Counted from the first letter of the stretch, positions 1 through 7,139 are shown. The stretch: DNA of 33,408 nucleotides from a bacterium (GCA_021823825.1 JAKANJ010000002.1:1-33408), one strand, 5' to 3'. A program made the numbers and translations. Notes: generated by a model not told the origin, from the letters alone.

Positions 1-2
1 TT

Positions 3-155
3 CCGATCTTCCTAAATGCAGGCGTGTCTGTATTGTTTAATATCGCCAATCTCGTGTTGTATGCATTACCACCAGTCGGTATCGCATTAATTTTAAACAT
101 CGTCTATTTGCTCTCTAGTAAAAAATTAAAATATGAACACCGACGATCCAATTAA
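3..155 (+). CDS. 3' end of a membrane protein, truncated by the window edge
   Basis: Frame 3 is open from the window start to TAA at 153-155. It translates to PIFLNAGVSVLFNIANLVLYALPPVGIALILNIVYLLSSKKLKYEHRRSN, a hydrophobic helix followed by a basic tail. It is too short for the ORF track and I recognised no family. Confidence 0.35.
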   Translation, partial: PIFLNAGVSVLFNIANLVLYALPPVGIALILNIVYLLSSKKLKYEHRRSN

Positions 156-309
156 AGACGAACCAGCCGAAGAAGCTCCGGACGAGGAAGTTGCCGAGCT
201 TATGGAAACTCACGGTCTTGATAAGGACACGGCCGAGCGTGTGCAGGAGATCATTGAAGATTTGGGTGTAGACGAGGATGACGCAGTCGAGCTCGAGGAA
301 CTTCTTTAG
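133..309 (+). CDS. Small, extremely acidic hypothetical protein (58 aa)
   Basis: ATG at 133 to TAG at 307-309, hand translated as MNTDDPIKDEPAEEAPDEEVAELMETHGLDKDTAERVQEIIEDLGVDEDDAVELEELL. I count 24 D/E against 3 K/R. There is an internal duplicated motif: GLDKDTAERVQEI and GVDEDDAVELEEL. It falls below the 60-aa cutoff of the supplied track, and I see no obvious Shine-Dalgarno sequence. Confidence 0.4.
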   Translation: MNTDDPIKDEPAEEAPDEEVAELMETHGLDKDTAERVQEIIEDLGVDEDDAVELEELL

Positions 310-363
310 TTAAGCAAATATGACTCGTGATAATTTGCTTAACATTGCTTAACTTAAGCAAAT
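309..363. repeat. Four copies of a 10-bp motif (TTAAGCAAAT) arranged as two adjacent inverted-repeat pairs
   Basis: GTTAAGCAAAT (309-319) pairs with ATTTGCTTAAC (333-343) across a 13-nt spacer. ATTGCTTAAC (344-353) is followed directly by TTAAGCAAAT (354-363), giving a near-perfect palindrome at 345-361. No T-tract follows. Confidence 0.85.
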
Positions 364-590
364 CGTATTACGGTCGCAAAAATGGTTTACGTTCGGTTCA
401 GGGTTTCTGATCGGTGCAAATCTCTAACTCCGATTCAACCGCTCGCCACAGGGGCAAACAAGTGGCAAATTGGGGTTATCCTTCTTTACATTCGGCCAGC
501 AGTTGGTTCATTTGGGAGAGAACGACGGTCGGATACTTGTATTCATCCGCCCAGTCAAACGTTCGAAACTTGCTGAGTAGGGCGAGCATC

Positions 591-628
591 AAAAGAAAAA
601 CGTCCCACTCTGGGGCGTTTTTCTTTTG
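591..628. terminator. Bidirectional intrinsic terminator
   Basis: The stem is ACGTCCCA (600-607) paired with TGGGGCGT (611-618), including one G-U pair, around a CTC loop. It is flanked by AAAAGAAAAA upstream and TTTTTCTTTTG downstream, so each strand reads hairpin plus U-tract. Confidence 0.75.
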
Positions 629-633
629 ACTAT

Positions 634-721
634 CTCCGCGCAGGTAGGATTCGAACCGTAGGCGACTGATTTTCTTGGTCTCAACGGAGACCTTGGAAAA
701 TCGGAGTTTTGACCGCAGGAG
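634..721 (-). ncRNA. tRNA-like structured element. It is not a valid tRNA. It may be an sRNA, a decayed tRNA or an att remnant
   Basis: The plus strand carries GGATTCGAACC (647-657), the reverse complement of the T-loop signature GGTTCGAATCC. A closing helix forms between 634-640 and 714-721 (7 bp, one bulge). A long hairpin spans 666-704: a 9-bp outer stem, a small internal loop, and a perfect 6-bp stem GGTCTC/GAGACC with a 4-nt loop. On the minus strand the 591-628 terminator follows directly. The T stem does not pair (CCTAC occurs twice as a direct repeat), and I cannot build D or anticodon arms. Confidence 0.3.
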
Positions 722-839
722 TAAAAACAATTGCCCTCTGCTATACTTCCCAAGTGGGTCTGGCCAATTTTATATCTACAACTTCATTGCTATATATAAC
801 AATTGAAAACTTATTAATATATAAATATTAAATTTATAA

Positions 840-1466
840 ATGCTTTACTTAATTATAATTCTTGCTATTGGATGGTATGTAACGTATATCGTTAAGCAGA
901 AATATTCGTTTTTCAAAGGATACGTCGGCGAAAATTTTGTCTCAGATATGCTTATTAATATTGATCCCACAAGATACAAAGTGTTAAACAACTTAATGCT
1001 GCCATCTTTTGGCAAAACAACTACTACACAAATCGACCATGTTGTTATTTCCAATTTTGGCATTTTCTGTATTGAAACAAAGTCGTATTCAGGCTGGATT
1101 TTTGGCAAAGCCCAACAAACATATTGGACACAAGTCATATATCGTTACAAAAAGAGATTCTATAATCCACTTCGTCAAAATTTTGCCCATATAAGGGCGA
1201 TCGAGGCTGTTCTAGAATCTACATTCCCACAAATAAAAGTATTAGGGTTCATAGCTTTTCCATCCGCTGATAAATTGGAGATAACCGGCACAGATGCCGT
1301 TGGTGATACGGCAGACGTTGTCGGTAAAATTAAAGCTTATACTTTACCTATACTTTCTGATACAGACAGAGATAATATCGTGGCGCTACTCAAACGTGCC
1401 GATATAACAGATAAAAGCCTACGGAAGCAGCACAACACACAAGTAAGGAGACTTAGAGCAAACTAA
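840..1466 (+). CDS. NERD (nuclease-related domain) protein with an N-terminal transmembrane helix
   Basis: 208-aa ORF. The N-terminus MLYLIIILAIGWYVTYIV is hydrophobic. The core GENFVSDML...QIDHVVISNFGIFCIETKSYSG...YNPLRQNFAHIRAIE matches the NERD pattern (GE..., xIDHvvI, gifvIEtKn, NPl.Q) as I recall it. Confidence 0.85.
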   Translation: MLYLIIILAIGWYVTYIVKQKYSFFKGYVGENFVSDMLINIDPTRYKVLNNLMLPSFGKTTTTQIDHVVISNFGIFCIETKSYSGWIFGKAQQTYWTQVIYRYKKRFYNPLRQNFAHIRAIEAVLESTFPQIKVLGFIAFPSADKLEITGTDAVGDTADVVGKIKAYTLPILSDTDRDNIVALLKRADITDKSLRKQHNTQVRRLRAN

Positions 1467-1563
1467 TTGTGAAATTAAATTAAGTTTTTAAAAATGAACA
1501 GTTTAATCGTGGTCAGTTTCTTTATCAAACACCGCCCCGCCTAAATTTTGCTATACTGTAAAA

Positions 1564-1773
1564 ATGCAAAAAATATCAACGAATATATTTATTGGTTCAT
1601 CGATTGCTTTTGGAGTTATCGGAATATTGCTTGTACTGGCTGGAGGGCCAGATGGAAACAGCCATACACTACTCAATCAAACACTACACCAACTTCTATT
1701 AATAACTGTTTGTATTATATTACCCTCGTTTGCCTTAAGCGTTGCGGGTAAATATTTGATTAACAAATCCTAG
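1564..1773 (+). CDS. Small membrane protein (69 aa, two predicted TM helices)
   Basis: ORF with two hydrophobic stretches. TATACT at 1552-1557 lies 6 nt upstream of the ATG. The overlapping ORF 1548..1751 in another frame has no comparable signals. Confidence 0.5.
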   Translation: MQKISTNIFIGSSIAFGVIGILLVLAGGPDGNSHTLLNQTLHQLLLITVCIILPSFALSVAGKYLINKS

Positions 1774-1801
1774 TTTTTACTGATAGTTAATTAATTCCTC
1801 T

Positions 1802-2248
1802 ATGAAAGACATTACGCTGCACGCCAGCTGGTTTATCAAGGCTCCCCTAACGGAAGTATTTACCATGATGACGGACTTTGAGAAATTTCCTGAGCATTTT
1901 CCAAAAGTTGCGGAGTCTGTAAAAGTTATTAAACGCGAAGGAAACTTTTTGGAAATGGATGCGACGGTTAAATCATTCGGCCAGCATTTCCCCGTAAAAA
2001 TGAAAACGCAGATTTTGCCCGGAAAAGGGTTCATCTCAGATAATGAGAGCCCTAAATTTGGAACTTCGGGCCACGAAGAACTGCTGCTCTCTGAACAAGG
2101 CGGTGGAACTATGATCGATTACACATATCAGGTTGCCATTCATCGCCCTTTACTCCGTATCGTTGCAAAACCGTTAATCGGTTGGTTTTCCATGAAGTAC
2201 TGGGAAAAAGCCGTCATAGATGAACTACGAAGAAAGCTTGAAAAGTAA
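1802..2248 (+). CDS. SRPBCC-superfamily protein (polyketide cyclase/dehydrase-like lipid-binding fold)
   Basis: 148 aa. The N-terminal pattern I.AP...VF....DFE.FPE.FP..... and the overall length are typical of SRPBCC/Polyketide_cyc2 proteins. Assignment is from recall only. Confidence 0.7.
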   Translation: MKDITLHASWFIKAPLTEVFTMMTDFEKFPEHFPKVAESVKVIKREGNFLEMDATVKSFGQHFPVKMKTQILPGKGFISDNESPKFGTSGHEELLLSEQGGGTMIDYTYQVAIHRPLLRIVAKPLIGWFSMKYWEKAVIDELRRKLEK

Positions 2249-2317
2249 GCCCGGGCAGTCCTTATCCCCTTTTCATCACGCATTTTTCAGAAAGATATTT
2301 TGTACTATAATTGATAG

Positions 2318-2926
2318 ATGAAAAAATACTTAGTAATAGCAATAATTTTTCTCGCTGCTCTCATGTTTGGAGGCATCGCGTACTATAAGCAGTACAAAAG
2401 CGCTACAATAAACAACTTGCCACCCGTTGTCACAGACGCCCCTACATGGCAAACCTACACAAATACTAAATTTGGTTATCAAGTTAAATACCCCGGTGAT
2501 TGGAGCATGCGAGAATTCCCTGACACACAAACGGGCGCAGGATTCCAGCCCCAGAGTAGTCCAAAAGACATAGCATCGGAGTGCATCACGGTAGACGCAC
2601 GAGGCACCGCTGCAAATGAGTACAACACGACATTTAGTGACTATGTTAAAAAGGCCGCAGTGGTTGAGATTCAAAATTATGAAAAATTAAACTCTATTAA
2701 AACCGTCAAAACTGCAAGCGGACTGGTTGGCTATGAGACAACATGGGTCTATAAGACAATGAGTGGCCAAGAAAAAATATCTTTGCCCATTACCTATTTT
2801 GAAAATAATAAGACGGTTGAAATACATAACAACCCATTAAAATTTAAAACGGTGCAAATTTCCCTAAATGACAAAAGCTGTGAAAATACTTATGCAGAAA
2901 TATTGTCTTCTTTTGAGATACACTAG
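2318..2926 (+). CDS. Membrane-anchored or secreted hypothetical protein
   Basis: 202 aa with an N-terminal signal/anchor (MKKYLVIAIIFLAALMFGGIAYY). TATAAT at 2306-2311 lies 6 nt upstream of the ATG. I recognised no family. Confidence 0.75.
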   Translation: MKKYLVIAIIFLAALMFGGIAYYKQYKSATINNLPPVVTDAPTWQTYTNTKFGYQVKYPGDWSMREFPDTQTGAGFQPQSSPKDIASECITVDARGTAANEYNTTFSDYVKKAAVVEIQNYEKLNSIKTVKTASGLVGYETTWVYKTMSGQEKISLPITYFENNKTVEIHNNPLKFKTVQISLNDKSCENTYAEILSSFEIH

Positions 2927-3044
2927 CGAGTAGCGAGCCATTATCTTGCAGGAAAAGGCTCCTCCCACCCTCGCTTGACATGCCATGCAATATCATGGAA
3001 TATGAGCCCAGAAGCTCTTTAAACCCCAACAATGGAGGCAACCC

Positions 3045-3629
3045 ATGGATATGCTACTCAGCCTTACTGCCCCGTCGGGCAGCGGAAAGACAACCATTGC
3101 GGGGATGCTCATTGAGCAATGTTCCTCCGCATTTATGGTAGAAAGCTACACAACTCGTGGGCCGCGAGACAATGATTTGCCGGGCGAATATGTTTACATT
3201 TCGCTCCGCGAATTTGAACATCTTCGCCAGATTGGCTGGTTCCTTTGGACCGCCGAACATGGTGGAGTCCATTACGGGACGAATGCAGAGTCAATCAAGA
3301 ATATCTTCAAGATCGAGAATTCACTGGGTATCATGATTCTCGTCCCGGAAGTCATTCCCCTCTTGGCTCGGTTCCTGAAAACCATCAACAAGGTGAAACA
3401 CTACATCCCTGTCTTCATCGCCCCACCCGAAAGGCATGTCCTGGAAGAACGCCTCCGCAAACGAGGTGATGCGGAGGAAGACATCGCCAAGCGCCTCAAC
3501 CAAGCAAGCGAATGGCTGCTCCAAGCGGTGCGATCTGGAATCCACTATTCCTATATCAGGAATGATGCCTCTCCGGGCGTAGCCCTTCGCGAGCTTCAAA
3601 CGCTCGTGGATTCATGGCGAAAGAATTAG
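3045..3629 (+). CDS. gmk: Guanylate kinase
   Basis: P-loop APSGSGKTT. ESYTTRGPRDNDLPGEYVYISLREFE aligns with the Gmk signature (SHTTRxPRxGExxGxxYxFvsxxeF). RLRKRGDAEEDIAKRL aligns with RLRGRGqdseevIakRm. GGAGG lies 6 nt upstream of the ATG. Confidence 0.8.
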   Translation: MDMLLSLTAPSGSGKTTIAGMLIEQCSSAFMVESYTTRGPRDNDLPGEYVYISLREFEHLRQIGWFLWTAEHGGVHYGTNAESIKNIFKIENSLGIMILVPEVIPLLARFLKTINKVKHYIPVFIAPPERHVLEERLRKRGDAEEDIAKRLNQASEWLLQAVRSGIHYSYIRNDASPGVALRELQTLVDSWRKN

Positions 3630-3638
3630 AACGACAGA

Positions 3639-3663
3639 GCCCCACTTCGGTGGGGCTTTTTAT
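3639..3663 (+). terminator. Intrinsic terminator after gmk
   Basis: GCCCCAC-TTCG-GTGGGGC (7-bp GC-rich stem with a UUCG tetraloop), followed by TTTTTATTT. Confidence 0.8.
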
Positions 3664-3689
3664 TTATTTTAAAAATTTCAATAAATAAA

Positions 3690-4283
3690 TTAGATTTTTC
3701 TTCTTAGGGCACGCTGGCGCAGGTAGTATGCAAAAATGTAATAGGACGTTACCACAAGAGCAAGAACCGCCACAGCAAAAATAATATTGGAAAGCACGCC
3801 TTGCACGCTACTAAATGCTCCGCCGACGATATACCCAAATACAAATAACCCACCATATTGTATAAGTGCAACGATCAAAGCATTACGAAAATACATTTTA
3901 TACGGAACTTTGACCATACCAGCGACTGCGAGATAAAATTCTGCAATACCGTAAGAGATCTTCCCGATAAACATGGTACGCAGTCCGTGGGCATCCCACA
4001 ATGCACGCACTGACGCCATCTGCTCATCAGAAATATGAATTTTGCTCAACAGCCATGCGCTAAATCTTGTTTTACCGCCCTGTACGCCAGCAAAATACCA
4101 CAAAGCATCAACAACAATATCGCGAAAGATAAAAATGCTAAAGGCAAAAAAGGGGTTGAAGTACCCAAGCCGAGAGAGCGCTCCTGCGATAAATCCCACA
4201 ATTGGACCTTCAATAATAGTCAGAGGGATAAGAATCCAGTAGCGGTACGCCAAAATCAGCGCAATAAAAGACGAAGCCTGCAT
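3690..4283 (-). CDS. DedA/VTT-family membrane protein
   Basis: 197-aa polytopic protein. The N-terminal ...YWILIPLTIIEGPIVGFIAG... and the F.R.I.....Y..G pattern are typical of DedA (SNARE-associated) proteins. Confidence 0.75.
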   Translation of the reverse strand: MQASSFIALILAYRYWILIPLTIIEGPIVGFIAGALSRLGYFNPFFAFSIFIFRDIVVDALWYFAGVQGGKTRFSAWLLSKIHISDEQMASVRALWDAHGLRTMFIGKISYGIAEFYLAVAGMVKVPYKMYFRNALIVALIQYGGLFVFGYIVGGAFSSVQGVLSNIIFAVAVLALVVTSYYIFAYYLRQRALRRKI

Positions 4284-4344
4284 TTCTCCATTATATCAAA
4301 CAACACCCCTAATACCACATGCTCTTATAGTAAACACCCCCTGC

Positions 4345-5367
4345 CTAAGATCTTTTAGGCAACAAAATTTTATACATATCTACAACCGAGATAAAGAGAG
4401 AAAGAATAATTGGACCAAATATAAAACCAAGCGGGCCAAAAAGGAGAATGCCCCCAAGAATTGAGAACAAAACAAAAAGAGACGGAACCGTAAGCCCTTT
4501 GCCGAAAAAATATGCTGACAACAAATTGTCAACAAAGAAAACGAGGAGAACCCCTACCAAACCCATGCCGATTGCCAAAAAAATGTTGCTATAAAATAGG
4601 AGGTACAGAGAAGCGGGAATAATGACAAACAATGTCCCAAGGCCAGGTACGGCACCAATTATTCCCCCTATCCCTGCCCACAAAAGTGCATTAGGAATCC
4701 CCAAAAAGTAGAAAGCGATGGCCAAAAGAACAAAACGGATCAACCCGACAAAAAGTGTGCCACGGATAACTGAAGTAATGGTTCTGTTGACTGAACTTAT
4801 GATTTCATCATTTTGCTTCTCTCCAAATGGACTAAGGGAAACAATATAGTCAAGCATCTTCTCTCCATCTCGTAAAAAGAAATAAAAAGCAAACAGCAGG
4901 AAAAATGTTTGGAAGAAAATATATGTTGTTTGAGAAAGAAGCCCGCCAAGATTATTGGAGACAAAGGTAAGCGCCTTACTGCCAACATCCGCAATACTAA
5001 AAGAAAAACTCGGGACAACCTGACGAACAAAAAGATTTATGTTCTCCTGCAATGCAAGAATGTAGTGCCCCTGCCCCGCTTGAGTCAAAAAGAAAAAATT
5101 CTGAGCCTGGCTTAAAATTTCGTACCCAAAAAACAAGATAGGAATAATGAGAAAAAATAATGCAATTACGACCAGCAAGAGTGCAGAAAAATTTTTGCTT
5201 CCACGGAAAATATGCATGAACCTTTTATAGAGTGGGTGTGCAAGCACTGACAGAACTGCAGCGAGAACAAGAATACTCAAAAAAGGCTGAAAAACAAGGA
5301 GCGTTAAAACTGATAAAACGATAAATAGTGCCGAAAAAGCAACAAGCTCTAATTTTTTAGATTCCAT
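4345..5367 (-). CDS. AI-2E family transporter (PerM/UPF0118-like permease)
   Basis: 340 aa with about 8 TM segments. The C-terminal conserved region ...LLWAGIGGIIGAVPGLGTLFVIIPASLYLL... is characteristic of the family. Confidence 0.8.
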   Translation of the reverse strand: MESKKLELVAFSALFIVLSVLTLLVFQPFLSILVLAAVLSVLAHPLYKRFMHIFRGSKNFSALLLVVIALFFLIIPILFFGYEILSQAQNFFFLTQAGQGHYILALQENINLFVRQVVPSFSFSIADVGSKALTFVSNNLGGLLSQTTYIFFQTFFLLFAFYFFLRDGEKMLDYIVSLSPFGEKQNDEIISSVNRTITSVIRGTLFVGLIRFVLLAIAFYFLGIPNALLWAGIGGIIGAVPGLGTLFVIIPASLYLLFYSNIFLAIGMGLVGVLLVFFVDNLLSAYFFGKGLTVPSLFVLFSILGGILLFGPLGFIFGPIILSLFISVVDMYKILLPKRS

Positions 5368-5452
5368 ATTTGTAGTATATCATATAGATATTATTCAGTC
5401 TTTATCCCTGTTTTTGTGTCTTTTAACGGGGAAAGCCTCCAGGAGGCGCGGT

Positions 5453-5482
5453 GTGACAAATTCATCTAAATTGCGGTATAAT
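5453..5482 (+). promoter_or_regulatory. Sigma-70-type promoter for tdk; the transcript is probably leaderless
   Basis: GTGACA (5453-5458), an 18-nt spacer, then TATAAT (5477-5482). The ATG at 5489 is only 6 nt downstream of the -10 box. Confidence 0.5.
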
Positions 5483-5488
5483 CAGAAA

Positions 5489-6034
5489 ATGAAACTCACT
5501 ATCATATTAGGCCCAATGAAAAGCGGAAAGTCCTTTGACCTTATCAGCTTCTTTTCGCCTCTCAAGTACACAGCAACTAAATATGTATTGTACCAACCGA
5601 AAAGGAATGTTCGTGACGAGGGCATTGAGTCGCGTAGTGGGCTCACGCTAGAAGCGAAAAAGATTGAAACGCTTGAAGGTATCGCCGACCAGGACTTTTC
5701 AATCATTGGTATTGATGAAATGCACATGTTTGAACCGAGCGAAATTTCACATATTGAAAAGGCTCTAGCAAAAGGAAAAGAAATCATCATATCGGGACTT
5801 GATATGGACTATAAAGGTGAGATGTTCGATACTATTAAAAGGCTTCTTGAATTGGGACCAACTGAAGTAAGATACAAGCGCGCAGTTTGTAATGAATGCA
5901 AACAATTTTCAGCAACGCATACACAGGTCTATGACAAGGGTGCACCGATAACCCATGGAATGCCGCCTGTTATCCCTGACGACGGGACTTTTTCATACGA
6001 ACCGGTTTGTCGTTTGTGCTTTGCTCGTGAGTAA
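5489..6034 (+). CDS. tdk: Thymidine kinase
   Basis: MKLTIILGPMKSGKS P-loop, IGIDEMHMF, and C-terminal zinc motifs CNEC...CRLC. I prefer the ATG at 5489 over the TTG at 5414 in the track, because the promoter lies inside the 5414 extension and Tdk proteins begin at the P-loop. Confidence 0.9.
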   Translation: MKLTIILGPMKSGKSFDLISFFSPLKYTATKYVLYQPKRNVRDEGIESRSGLTLEAKKIETLEGIADQDFSIIGIDEMHMFEPSEISHIEKALAKGKEIIISGLDMDYKGEMFDTIKRLLELGPTEVRYKRAVCNECKQFSATHTQVYDKGAPITHGMPPVIPDDGTFSYEPVCRLCFARE

Positions 6035-6084
6035 GCAGCTGAGAAATACAGAAATATTATAAATATTAAAAATATCTAAAAAAT

Positions 6085-6273
6085 ATGAACCTTTTTATAT
6101 CACGGACATTTAAATGGTGGGAAATAGCTCTAATAAAAGTCTGCCTCATCTCTCTCGGCATTATTCTCGGTCTCTATTTTTATAACTACCTCTTGGGGCT
6201 AATGTGGCTTTGGTGGGTACTGTTTGCCCCAACTGCAATTTATTTCATCGTAAAATATATAGGCGGAAAATAG
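6085..6273 (+). CDS. Small membrane protein (62 aa)
   Basis: Two strongly hydrophobic, Trp-rich segments. No family recognised. Confidence 0.45.
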   Translation: MNLFISRTFKWWEIALIKVCLISLGIILGLYFYNYLLGLMWLWWVLFAPTAIYFIVKYIGGK

Positions 6274-6395
6274 CACATTCCCCTGCCTGTGCCAGCTATG
6301 TCCCAAAGAATTGCAAAATAATTGGAATGCGCTACTATCTTGAGAGATTTGTGTAGCGCCAAATACCAAGGTCCCAATAACCAAAGGAGGGCTCA

Positions 6396-7004
6396 ATGCG
6401 CAATGGACTGAAAATAGCTAGTCTTGCCCTTGCTCTTGCCATGACTGCCTACGCCCAAAAGCCGTCGCTTTTAAGCAGGCTGCACGCGCGCAGTATCTCC
6501 GTTGAGACAAAAAAGGGGCACGGCACAGGTATTGTTGTCGCCCAGGGTTTCGTTCTCACGAATTTCCATTTGCTTCACTCTGGCTATGCGGTCACGGTAA
6601 ATAAAAAGAGTGCGCAGATAGTAAAAGTGGATCCCTTGAACGACCTTGCCCTTCTTGCGACAAATACGGGGAACATTGCCCCTATTACGATCGCAAAAAC
6701 TGCAATCCAGGATGAAAGAATTATCGTTATTGGAAATCCACTCGACCACAAGGGCATGGTGGTGAGAGGCCGCATCACCGCGATTGATGACGATGGCACC
6801 ATCTATATTGACGCACATGTTTTTTTTGGAAATTCAGGGGGTGGAATGTACAACCTGAAAGGACAGCTCGTTGGCGTCGTGCGGGGCATCGAAGGAGAAG
6901 AAGGTGACGGTTTCCCTTACGGAGTCGTCATCCCCGCAAGCACGGTCCGCAAATTTTTGGAAAAACGACAAATCAAAAATATCCGGCTCACAGAAATCAG
7001 ATAG
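6396..7004 (+). CDS. Secreted trypsin-like (S1C/HtrA-like) serine protease without a PDZ domain
   Basis: A signal peptide is present. The catalytic triad contexts are LTNFHLL (His), NDLALL (Asp) and FFGNSGGGMYN (Ser). AAGGAGGG lies upstream of the ATG. Confidence 0.85.
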   Translation: MRNGLKIASLALALAMTAYAQKPSLLSRLHARSISVETKKGHGTGIVVAQGFVLTNFHLLHSGYAVTVNKKSAQIVKVDPLNDLALLATNTGNIAPITIAKTAIQDERIIVIGNPLDHKGMVVRGRITAIDDDGTIYIDAHVFFGNSGGGMYNLKGQLVGVVRGIEGEEGDGFPYGVVIPASTVRKFLEKRQIKNIRLTEIR

Positions 7005-7023
7005 CTATAGTTGAAACGACTCC

Positions 7024-7053
7024 AAAGGCCCCTTGCAAAAGGGGCCTTTTATT
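7024..7053 (+). terminator. Intrinsic terminator after the protease gene
   Basis: AAAGGCCCCT-TGCAAA-AGGGGCCTTT followed by a T-tract. Confidence 0.8.
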
Positions 7054-7081
7054 TGACTTATTTAGGATAAAGATGTATAAT
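7053..7081 (+). promoter_or_regulatory. Near-consensus sigma-70 promoter
   Basis: TTGACT (7053-7058), an exact 17-nt spacer, then TATAAT (7076-7081). A leader of about 55 nt follows, with GGAGA 4-5 nt upstream of the ATG at 7140. Confidence 0.6.
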
Positions 7082-7139
7082 CAATGGAGTAAGTTCACTT
7101 TCTCATCCCCCTTCACCCACCTCTTATACGGAGACTAAA

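Noticed and set aside
634-721. Canonical tRNA gene on the minus strand, suggested by GGATTCGAACC at 647-657.
   Set aside because: The sequences flanking the T loop are direct repeats (CCTAC...CCTAC), so only 2 bp of a T stem can form. I could build no D arm or anticodon arm, and the central hairpin has a 4-nt loop. I report it only as a tRNA-like element.
382-730. Track ORFs 382..576 (+), 414..629 (+) and 476..730 (-).
   Set aside because: They overlap one another, have low-complexity or odd composition, lack SD and promoter context, and read into or through the 591-628 terminator hairpin and the structured element.
364-765. tmRNA, RNase P RNA or SRP RNA in the large non-coding region.
   Set aside because: By eye, none of the conserved blocks I know is present on either strand. 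I looked for the tmRNA 5' GGGG...acceptor pairing with a CCA-proximal 3' end, the RNase P GAGGAAAGTCC block, and the SRP GGAAGCAGCC-type domain IV. A strong terminator also splits the region. A covariance-model scan is still needed.
5435-5447. Palindrome GCCTCC-A-GGAGGC upstream of the tdk promoter.
   Set aside because: It is only 6 bp per arm with a 1-nt centre and lies outside the -35/-10 window. That is too little evidence to call an operator.
5414-5488. TTG-initiated 25-residue N-terminal extension of thymidine kinase.
   Set aside because: The GTGACA-18-TATAAT promoter lies inside the extension. Tdk proteins start at the P-loop strand (MKLTIILGPMKSGKS), and the extension is basic, low-complexity sequence.
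6329-6359. Hairpin GCGCTAC-N17-GTAGCGC in the protease 5' region, considered as a terminator or riboswitch.
   Set aside because: It has no following U-tract, a large unstructured loop, and no recognisable riboswitch core. It is probably a simple leader hairpin or chance.
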